Assembly (NCBI GenBank): GCA_964637135.1
Contig: CAZWTX010000001.1
Span: 124,001 to 188,000, forward strand
DNA: 64,000 bases
Source: an uncultured Methanospirillum sp.
Lineage (GTDB): Archaea; Halobacteriota; Methanomicrobia; Methanomicrobiales; Methanospirillaceae
Direction of reading: 5' to 3'
The notes beneath the pieces are model-generated. The model was not told the DNA's origin, ran no database searches, and was given only the letters and a program-made list of their open reading frames with translations. Position 1 is the stretch's first letter; each line of letters starts with the position of its first letter. The position numbers and the translations under genes are program-made. Of the stretch, positions 1 through 7,879 are shown in pieces.

Positions 1-222
1 GCTGCTATCCGGGATGAAGACCTATCTCCGCTCCCCGATCAGATCCCTTCCATCCATCCCATACCGTGGTATCCGTCATGGGTGCCGGGATACACCGGAG
101 TTCCTCCACCAGGACTCCCGGAATCCACGAGCAACGGGATGGACTATGGCCGGGGAGGAGCCGCTCAGGACCCAGGGTTCTGGTGGCTTTATCATCTCCC
201 GGGGGAATACCCACAGGTAGTC

Positions 223-918
223 ATGTCGCATATCCTCACTGCTCTCCTGATCTTCAGTCTCTGTGTCCTCTGTTCACCGGCGGCTGCCGCGTATTGCATC
301 AATATATCAGACGAGATGGGCGGGGCGGCTGCCTGGCAGGGGATCGGTGATCATCCTGACTCTCCCTGGTACACGCCGTTTTCCCTGAACGATACACCTG
401 ATACCTGTATTGTGATCCCGGTTCCTACGATGCAGCAGCATTCCGAGATCTCCTGTGGTGCCTGTGCTGCTATCAATAATCTCCGGTACTGGGGCGAGGA
501 CGGAGATGAAATGACCATCGCCGCCGAGATGGGCACGGTCCCGGTGTACGGGGTGAACGTTGAGACTATGGCAGAATGGTTCGAGAACCGGGGATGGACT
601 GTTCACTCAAGTACCCGGGACGAGGACGGCAGCCTGGAGATGCTTCGTGAGCATCTTGCAGCCGGAATTCCGACCATGGTTGCATGGGCAGACTGGGGAG
701 GACACTGGATGGTCGTGACCGGATATGACACGATGGGCACCGAGAATGAGATCGATGACGTGATCATCTTTTCAGATTCCTATGATATGACCGATCATAA
801 CCAGGACGGGTATTACCGGTTCCCGGCATCGCGGTTCTATTCGCTCTGGTTTGTTCCCCACTGGTCTCCGGACCCTGATGCGGTTCGTCCGTGGCTGACT
901 GCGGTTCCACCGGAGTGA
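223..918 (+). CDS. Secreted C39-like (papain-fold) cysteine peptidase
   Basis: Signal-peptide-like N-terminus from ATG 223 (MSHILTALLIFSLCVLCSPAAAA). Motifs QQHSEISCGA (Gln/Cys), GHWMVVTGYD (His) and FSDS. TTTATCAT box ~30 nt upstream. The frame is also open back to base 1, so the start is inferred. Confidence 0.75.
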   Translation: MSHILTALLIFSLCVLCSPAAAAYCINISDEMGGAAAWQGIGDHPDSPWYTPFSLNDTPDTCIVIPVPTMQQHSEISCGACAAINNLRYWGEDGDEMTIAAEMGTVPVYGVNVETMAEWFENRGWTVHSSTRDEDGSLEMLREHLAAGIPTMVAWADWGGHWMVVTGYDTMGTENEIDDVIIFSDSYDMTDHNQDGYYRFPASRFYSLWFVPHWSPDPDAVRPWLTAVPPE

Positions 919-1133
919 GGGGAGTGAGGGGAGTCGATACGTTATCCGGCCGTTTCGTATGCCTGGATGAAATCTTCACGAGTTATACCAGCCTGGGTGC
1001 AGATTGCCCGGAGAGTGGAACTTTTAAGGGTGTTATATCCCTGTTTATTGAATAAAGGGAGATGATGAACAGGGAAAATCTGATGATCCAATAACTACAC
1101 CATATTTTAATAGTATGACCTGAATTGACAATT

Positions 1134-1334
1134 ATGTCATATGAGGAGATTACCTGCAGAACATGCTCCGGATCAGGGAATGTCTCCTGTTCTGATTGCC
1201 AAGGGAAAGGTTCGTGGATTGAAATAATTGGGGGAGAATCAATCACTCGTATATGCCCTTATTGTGAGGGAAAAGGATTTAAAACGTGTAATACATGTAA
1301 AGGCTGGGGAAAAGAAAAAATCTGGGTTGATTGA
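1134..1334 (+). CDS. Small DnaJ-type zinc-finger protein (four CxxCxGxG motifs), no J domain
   Basis: CRTCSGSG, CSDCQGKG, CPYCEGKG and CNTCKGWG in 66 aa. Confidence 0.7.
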   Translation: MSYEEITCRTCSGSGNVSCSDCQGKGSWIEIIGGESITRICPYCEGKGFKTCNTCKGWGKEKIWVD

Positions 1335-1728
1335 TCCAATGCATAACATTTTGACAAAAATTGGCTTTTTGAAGCTTTTTTTAATACCTTTGAATATTTG
1401 TTCGTGCAGGGGTTCTGATTTCAAAATTAATGATATATAAAAATTTTAATAGTGCTGAATGTTTTAAAAAAAGGAAGATGATGGTAAAAGAAAGTACTGT
1501 AAATTCAAACGGTCATGTGGTTTTTTTAGGTAGATAAGTGCCGTTGAATTATCGACAATTTCCGCATACTATAAGAAGGATCGAATATCTAAACGTTAAT
1601 GGACAAAAACACTGATTGCCGCATAATTCAATGAATCCGTATCTTCTAGACAATATCTAAACTCTCAACAGAGAATAGGAAAAAGCGGCTCTGAAAATAG
1701 TATGTATAGCTTTAGATTCAGGCCTTAA

Positions 1729-1801
<73 letters not shown>

Positions 1802-1892
1802 ACTGATTCTGCGTCAGGCGTTATGCCTTGCGCCTATACATGTAGGAAAGTCGGACTTATAAAAATTGTGAATGCCGGAATAAACCCATCGC

Positions 1893-2909
1893 TTATACCA
1901 TGTGGACATCCATCTGGGGGAACGGAATGGTGATATTTGCTTTTTTGAATTCCTCGTCTATCCGGCAGTTGATGAAATCCTTCACCTCGAAGGTCTTATC
2001 GTACTCCTGTATGGAGACAATGAGCTGGAAATTAAGGCTCGAGGGTCCGAATTCAAGAAAATAGACCTCCGGCTCGGTATCCTCAACGCAGAGACCGGCC
2101 TGCTGTGACTCCTGCCCGATATCATGGAGAATCGCCTTCACGCGGGCAATATCGCTCCCATAAGCGACTCCGATAGTGATCCTGACCTTCACCTTGGTAT
2201 CAGGCATCGCATAATTCACCACGACATCGTTAGTCAGCATCATATTCGGAACGGTGATGATCTGGTTGTCGAGCGTCTGGATCCGGGTACTCCTCGGTCC
2301 GATGGTCAGGATATCACCGATATCGTCTCCCACCCGTATCCGGTCACCGATTCGGAACGGCTGATCAGCCGCGATTACCGCACCGGAAAGGAAATTCCCG
2401 ATGATATCCTGGCCACCAAGACTGATGATGATCCCGATCAGGCCACCGGTTGCGAGCAGTGGGGTGACATCGATCTTGAGGATGGAGAGGATGAGGAGGA
2501 ACGCAACGATCCAGATAAGATATTTCGAGCCCATCTGGAGGAAATGCACCATGTTCTCCCCGTTCTCCTGCCCGGTCCGGATCGCAACATCCCGTCCGTA
2601 ATTCCTGAAAATACCGGTGATAAACGAGGCAGTTACCCATGCCCCGATGATCACGTAGAATGCCGTCAGGTATCCTGGATTGAATACATCGGGGTACATC
2701 CCGGGAAGCGGAGTGCCATAGAACACCGCTGACCAGATCGTCGACCCGGTAATCAGGATGAGAAGCGGTTTGCCTATAGCATCAAGTACGATATCGTCGA
2801 TCTTGAGACCGGTGTTCCGGGTATATCGCCTGAGCCATTTTCCTATTGCATGTACAAATGCGGCGATAAAAAAGCCGGTTAGCAGAATAATGAGAAACTG
2901 GACATACAT
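1893..2909 (-). CDS. mscS: Small-conductance mechanosensitive channel (MscS family)
   Basis: N-terminal TM helices; motifs DQPFRIGDRI, GPRSTRIQTLDNQIITVPN, IGVAYGSD, IPFPQ. Start set at MYVQF to avoid overlap with hypD. Confidence 0.9.
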   Translation of the reverse strand: MYVQFLIILLTGFFIAAFVHAIGKWLRRYTRNTGLKIDDIVLDAIGKPLLILITGSTIWSAVFYGTPLPGMYPDVFNPGYLTAFYVIIGAWVTASFITGIFRNYGRDVAIRTGQENGENMVHFLQMGSKYLIWIVAFLLILSILKIDVTPLLATGGLIGIIISLGGQDIIGNFLSGAVIAADQPFRIGDRIRVGDDIGDILTIGPRSTRIQTLDNQIITVPNMMLTNDVVVNYAMPDTKVKVRITIGVAYGSDIARVKAILHDIGQESQQAGLCVEDTEPEVYFLEFGPSSLNFQLIVSIQEYDKTFEVKDFINCRIDEEFKKANITIPFPQMDVHMV

Positions 2910-2955
2910 ATGAATCGGTTTGTTTTTACCCTTTCTCGTCAATATTATTTGATTT

Positions 2956-3981
2956 ATGCCTCCAAAGAACGTTATCGCTGAAAAACTGCATGAACAATGT
3001 GACCGCCCCATGACCTTCATGCATGTTTGCGGAACGCATGAGGCAGCAATTGCGAAGAACGGCATCCGGAGCATGCTTCCGGCCAATCTCAAGATCGTCA
3101 TGGGCCCGGGGTGCCCGGTCTGTATCACCCCCCAGGGAGAGATCGATGCCGCCCTTGAACTGGCCAGGAAAGGGTGCATCATCGCAACCTATGGCGATCT
3201 TCTCAGGGTCCCCGGTTCTGATGGTTCTCTTGAGACCTCCGGCGGGGATATCAGGGTCGTGCAGGGGATCCACAAGGCAGTCGAGATTGCCCGTGAGACC
3301 GATCAGGAAGTCGTCTTCATCTCGGTCGGGTTTGAGACGACCGCCCCGACGGTTGCCGCCACCCTCCTGACGCATCCCCCGGAGAACTTCTCCATCCTCT
3401 CCTGCCACCGGCTGATTCCCCCGGCAATGACCTGGCTCCTTGGTCAGGGAGAAGCAGCCCTCGACGGGTTCATGCTCCCCGGGCATGTCCTCGTGGTCGC
3501 CGGTCTTGCAGATTACCGGCAGTTCCCGGTCCCCCAGGTCGTTGCCGGGTTTGAGGCCGATGACATCCTGCTCGGCCTCCTCATGCTGGTGACCCAGGTA
3601 AAAGAAGGCACGGCACGGGTCGATAACGCCTACCCGCGGGCAGTGAAGGAGGAAGGAAACCCGAAAGCCATTGCGGTGATGAACGAGGTCTTCGAACCCT
3701 GTGACGTGGAATGGCGGGGTTTTCCAGTCATCCCCGGTTCCGGACTGAAAGTCAGGAAGGAATTCGAGGTATACGACGCACAGAAGAAGTTCGGTATCGT
3801 GTTCAAACCGACGAAGAAGCATGCCGCGTGTATCTGTGACCGGGTCCTCCGGGGTATCGCCTCTCCGTCAGACTGCAAGCTCTTCGGGAAAGTCTGCACG
3901 CCCCGGACCCCGGTCGGACCATGCATGGTCAGCCACGAAGGAGCGTGTAAAATATGGCACCACTACCAAATTAAGAAATAA
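2956..3981 (+). CDS. hypD: Hydrogenase maturation protein HypD
   Basis: MHVCGTHE, GPGCPVC, GFETT, PGHV and C-terminal GPCMVSHEGAC motifs. Confidence 0.95.
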   Translation: MPPKNVIAEKLHEQCDRPMTFMHVCGTHEAAIAKNGIRSMLPANLKIVMGPGCPVCITPQGEIDAALELARKGCIIATYGDLLRVPGSDGSLETSGGDIRVVQGIHKAVEIARETDQEVVFISVGFETTAPTVAATLLTHPPENFSILSCHRLIPPAMTWLLGQGEAALDGFMLPGHVLVVAGLADYRQFPVPQVVAGFEADDILLGLLMLVTQVKEGTARVDNAYPRAVKEEGNPKAIAVMNEVFEPCDVEWRGFPVIPGSGLKVRKEFEVYDAQKKFGIVFKPTKKHAACICDRVLRGIASPSDCKLFGKVCTPRTPVGPCMVSHEGACKIWHHYQIKK

Positions 3982-4085
3982 TTAGAGTGCGTTCGCATTT
4001 TCGGCTTCATTTCTTGAGAAAAGGTACAGAACGGGTCTGCAAGCAATTATCATCTCGCCGGACAGGATCACCTTCTGGTGATCCC

Positions 4086-4427
4086 ATGACGGATCAAAAT
4101 GGTGAGAATGAGATTAAGAAACTAAAAATCACCCAGGGCTACAACCTCTCTCTCATTGGGCTGTTTATTGCCGGCGTGATTACTCTTTTCCTGGTAATGT
4201 CAGGATTTCATGAAGCATCAGACATTGTAGCGATTGTAGGATTATTTACCAGCATCCTTGGCACGCTTGTCGGGGCCTTTCTGGGTGTCAGCTTAGGATC
4301 GCAGGAAACAGAAGTCGCGCAGAAAGCTGCTGCGAGGAACCGGGAAATGGCTTTTCGGGCATTGCTGGCCGTCCCGCCGGAATCATCGGGATTGGATGAC
4401 ATCAGACAGATGATGCAGGAGTGCTGA
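4086..4427 (+). CDS. Hypothetical membrane protein (2 TM helices)
   Basis: ATG 4086 after GGTGA; two hydrophobic segments. Confidence 0.6.
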   Translation: MTDQNGENEIKKLKITQGYNLSLIGLFIAGVITLFLVMSGFHEASDIVAIVGLFTSILGTLVGAFLGVSLGSQETEVAQKAAARNREMAFRALLAVPPESSGLDDIRQMMQEC

Positions 4428-4543
4428 CCGGCAATCAGATCATCTGTTCGGTTCCCTATCCGGTCAGAACGGCAACAATGAGGATAAATCGGATAGGTGA
4501 ACCCCCTTCATTTATCAGATACCAGATACAATATACTAGGGTT

Positions 4544-4615
4544 GCCCCGGTAGGGTAGAGGATATCCTAGAAGCCTCCGGAGCTTTTGACCTGGGTTCAA
4601 GTCCCAGCCGGGGCG
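4544..4615 (+). tRNA. tRNA-Arg(CCG)
   Basis: Acceptor GCCCCGG/CCGGGGC, anticodon loop CTCCGGA, T arm CTGGG-TTCAAGT-CCCAG. Confidence 0.95.
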
Positions 4616-4616
4616 T
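4602..4616 (+). repeat. attL core (tRNA-Arg 3' end)
   Basis: TCCCAGCCGGGGCGT, identical to 11262-11276. Confidence 0.9.
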
Positions 4617-4722
4617 GAGGCGACAGAGTTTAACGCTCTTCTCCTTTTTCAGATCACAATTATTTGTTTCCGTGATGATTTCGCAGCGATCGCCCGATCG
4701 ATCATGTTCTGAATGTTGGATT

Positions 4723-5850
4723 TTATCGCCCGCCAGTCCGATTAAATACATATCCCAGTTTCTGGGCTGCAGACCAGTTTTTGTCAGTAGCACAGGACAC
4801 CATGCAGATCCATCCATCCCGGTCCGTAAACGAGTATTGGATCTCAATAATACGAAGTTCATCTTCTGGGATACCTGGGAACCCGACAAATTGTTTTTTC
4901 TGTATGTATTTCAGATCCCAGTGGTCAAAAAAGACATATTCATAGGTCGTTGACGGAATCCCTACCAAACCAAATATTTTTTCAGTTTTTGCCTTCACTG
5001 ATTCTTTTGCTTTTGCCTCAGTGGTACCCTCCGGCAACTGATACTCGTAGGGATAAATTCGTTCAACAGTGGTACCAGTATAGGTCTCCGGGAAATATGC
5101 CCCTTACCGTGTCTCTGAACCGTCGCTTGCAGTAAGTATTCCCTCTACATATATTCGGTTATAGTATTGGGACTGATCGTCCTGTTTCCGGAACGTACGC
5201 CCATGGGGGTTAACAAAATCGATCATTCGGTCAGAACACGTTAGTACTAACGTCGGGGGGAGGTTACAGGAGGTATTCAGGTGATCGATGGTAGCCAGGT
5301 AACTCTTTGGTTTCCAGATCCCCTCTTCCAGTACCCAGTCGTCATAATGGAACAGATCCAGTTCAGCACAGATATTGTCGATTTGGGTCTGGATCGTGGC
5401 TGTACATGAAACCTGTTCAAATGGCTGATACGGGCACTCATCTTTCCCCCAGTTCTCAACTGACTCCTCCCAAAACCCCTTCTCAAGTCCACAGACAGCC
5501 ACCCCGCCGGGCCATATCAGACGGTTCAGGTACGTGATCGGATCCTCAAACTGTTGTCCGGAGGTGTTCTTTAGTGCCCGGTCCTCCAGTTTCGTCAGAG
5601 GTCGCTGAAGGTACATGCCGTGAGAATAGCCGGACACTACAACACAGTCTTCTGCATTATCTGACATCACATGCTCGGATTTGACGGTCTCACCGAGAAA
5701 CAGGCAGTTCCCATCCCTCTCCAGGTATACATCTTCCCATTTATCAGGGATCTCGGAATCCCCATCAACCTCCATCTGATAACTATGACAGGCATCTGAG
5801 ATCGAATGTCCAAACTGATATGAAAATGCCCGGTACTGGTTCAGGTTGAT
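4723..5850 (-). pseudogene. Interrupted, 5'-truncated gene, possibly a viral structural (tail/baseplate-like) protein
   Basis: ORFs 5104-5775 and 4723-5037 share one frame separated only by TAA at 5104-5106. The frame stays open upstream until it runs into the IS fragment. The viral function is a guess. Confidence 0.55.
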
Positions 5851-6056
5851 AGCTCTGCTATACGGGCTTTCAGTTGGGCGTTTTCTTCTCGCAACTCGGA
5901 GATGATTCGATTTTGATTTTCAATGATGGTTAGAAGAGATTGAATATATGATGCAGGATCTAATTCGGGGGTAGTGTGATTCTGCTGATTTCCAGTCACT
6001 AATTGTAATTATGACGTCATAGTACTAGGATCTTGCGGTTGATCCTGAACAGTTAC
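5841..6056 (-). mobile_element. IS66-like left-end remnant with the 5' stump of a transposase
   Basis: Terminal GTAACTGTTCAGG (minus strand, 6056-6044). GTG ORF 5999-5841 encodes a coiled coil, IISELREENAQLKARIAEL, typical of IS66 transposase N-termini, then stops. Confidence 0.65.
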
Positions 6057-6075
6057 AAATGATTTAGAATTAATC

Positions 6076-6450
6076 TCAATCTGAAATTCTTTTAGGATCT
6101 TTTGGTGGAAGTTTCTTTTTTGCTTCAGCATATTTTTGTTCAAAGAAATCAAATCCCTTCTCATCGGTTTTTGTAAATTCATATGTTCCCCCTTGTCCTT
6201 GCAATTCTATAGGCTTTGTAAACGTGTATTTAAATTCATATTTTTTATCCTTCTCATCTATAAGATCCATCGTAAAATCACCATAATTGAAGGGTGATTC
6301 TGTTTCTTCCCAGAATCCTGAAAGTTGAGTTCCCTGAGAGATAGCTATGAGAAGTGTTCCTTTACCTTCATAATATCCCCTAATCCGACCATTTTCGTAT
6401 TCTAGTAAAAATAGGGGCTGATTTCCTCTGTATATTCCGGACCAGTACAT
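6076..6450 (-). CDS. Hypothetical protein, beta-rich
   Basis: Intact 124-aa ORF, AT-rich, GAGG upstream; no motif recognised. Confidence 0.6.
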   Translation of the reverse strand: MYWSGIYRGNQPLFLLEYENGRIRGYYEGKGTLLIAISQGTQLSGFWEETESPFNYGDFTMDLIDEKDKKYEFKYTFTKPIELQGQGGTYEFTKTDEKGFDFFEQKYAEAKKKLPPKDPKRISD

Positions 6451-6472
6451 GGAGATTCAACCTCGAAAAAAA

Positions 6473-6635
6473 TTAACAGGCTTTATTGTCCTCGCAAGCA
6501 ATCCCATCTTTATCCTTATCCAACCCGAATATATCCCCTAATCCCTTCGACAGACAATATTCATAGCATCTCTGAACAGTGCATTGATTCAAAAAATCCC
6601 CCAATTAACGTCCGGACCATTATTCTGTGTTAGTT
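6473..6635 (-). pseudogene. Excalibur calcium-binding domain remnant
   Basis: Manual translation GPDVN/GDFLNQCTVQRCYEYCLSKGLGDIFGLDKDKDGIACE* with a 1-nt deletion near 6600; contains the DxDxDGxACE motif. Confidence 0.65.
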
Positions 6636-6718
6636 CTTAAAAATGAATAATAGTTACGGAAAGAATTGATCATTATATAAGGAAAGTCAGAGTTATTCAA
6701 AAAATGAGAGAGAAATTC

Positions 6719-6726
6719 AAAAAAAA
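6719..6726 (-). terminator. Oligo-T terminator candidate after the radical SAM gene
   Basis: T8 run on the minus strand ~10 nt after the stop at 6736. Confidence 0.45.
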
Positions 6727-6735
6727 GGATTTTGG

Positions 6736-7833
6736 TTACACTACACACTTTTCGGGCCACAATTTAAACGCTTCATCAAATCCTTTTGCTGAAGTGAATT
6801 TATTCACCAAGCCTTCATATGGAGGAAATGCACCACCACGTCCGATTACTCTTCGAGCATCAGCAACCATCTCTAACTCATTTTGAGTCCAAAAGGGTGA
6901 GATAAATTTGTTTTTCTCAAGAGCTGTTGATGGTTCATATCTCATCGGATATGATACACAGCCTAATTTTGCAATATCGGTGATGATATCAAAAAAGTCT
7001 TCAGGTGTATCTCCAGAACAACTCACCGGATTGTAAAAGTTGTAAAGAGAATAAAATAGCATGTTTTTCTTTCTTAATCCCGCTGATTCAAATAAATTTA
7101 CTGCTTTTTCGACAAATGGATATTCATCTTTAAAGTCGTAAGCCATCCTAATTAATGGAGTCCGAAGTTCTGATATTAAATTGGCATTTTCCTCATTGAT
7201 TAGTCTTGCATCTAATCCTTGATTAAAATCGATCTTTAAACCGCTTTCTGCTAATATGAGAAGGTTTTTTTCCCAATCAGGAGATGCCAAGAAATTATTA
7301 TCCCATATTATTACTTCTTTATGAGAAGGATGGATAAAATCTCTAATGTCATCAACCGCTTGTCGAATCTGTCCTTCTAGTTGAGGAACAATACAAAAGG
7401 GGCATTTTCGAATACAACCCCTTGATGTGAAAAGTATAGTTTTTTTCCAGTCTTTCCATTTATCCACATTCTTAAGCAGATCATATGAAGGTATGTACTG
7501 TTCTGATTCTTCAAAGAGACCAACATGAACTTCAATAAATGGATATACTTTTCGTAATCTATCAGGCATTATGGAGGCGTATAGACCTCCCACAATCATT
7601 CTTGCATTCGGGAATACAGAATGGTATTGTTCTATGATCTTATGAACTGGTTTCCAAGCATATGTAAATAGAGATGTTATTTTTATAATATCGGGTATGA
7701 AATCTAACGTTTCTTGAAATCCCCTAACTAATTGAACTCTATCCCCATAAGAACGGTGAAAAGAAGCTATTTTCAAGAGCCCCAGAGGTGGGTATTGAGT
7801 ATAGTATTCTGGTTCAACAAGTAAGATATTCAT
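6736..7833 (-). CDS. B12-binding-domain radical SAM protein
   Basis: N-terminal ILLVEP...PPLGLLKIAS...TSLFT...IVGGLYAS (B12-binding-like); TSRGCIRKCPFC (CxxxCxxC); DNNFL and DFNQGLDARL. Confidence 0.9.
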   Translation of the reverse strand: MNILLVEPEYYTQYPPLGLLKIASFHRSYGDRVQLVRGFQETLDFIPDIIKITSLFTYAWKPVHKIIEQYHSVFPNARMIVGGLYASIMPDRLRKVYPFIEVHVGLFEESEQYIPSYDLLKNVDKWKDWKKTILFTSRGCIRKCPFCIVPQLEGQIRQAVDDIRDFIHPSHKEVIIWDNNFLASPDWEKNLLILAESGLKIDFNQGLDARLINEENANLISELRTPLIRMAYDFKDEYPFVEKAVNLFESAGLRKKNMLFYSLYNFYNPVSCSGDTPEDFFDIITDIAKLGCVSYPMRYEPSTALEKNKFISPFWTQNELEMVADARRVIGRGGAFPPYEGLVNKFTSAKGFDEAFKLWPEKCVV

Positions 7834-7879
7834 ATTATAGTTTCTTCATACATACAAATCAAGGATCCGGTGATTAGCA

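Noticed and set aside
912..934. Short tandem GGAGTGAGG repeat at the peptidase stop
   Set aside because: Only about 2.5 copies; no evidence of function.
4536..4953. ORFs 4536-4889 (-) and 4615-4953 (+), including a possible split-integrase N-terminus
   Set aside because: They overlap the tRNA and the pseudogene. In the reconstructed circle the integrase frame hits TAA ten codons upstream of its ATG, so this is not an SSV1-type split integrase.
6736..7833. Viperin or queuosine/7-deazaguanine pathway radical SAM
   Set aside because: It has an N-terminal B12-binding-like domain that viperins and QueE lack, and no que or dpd genes are adjacent.
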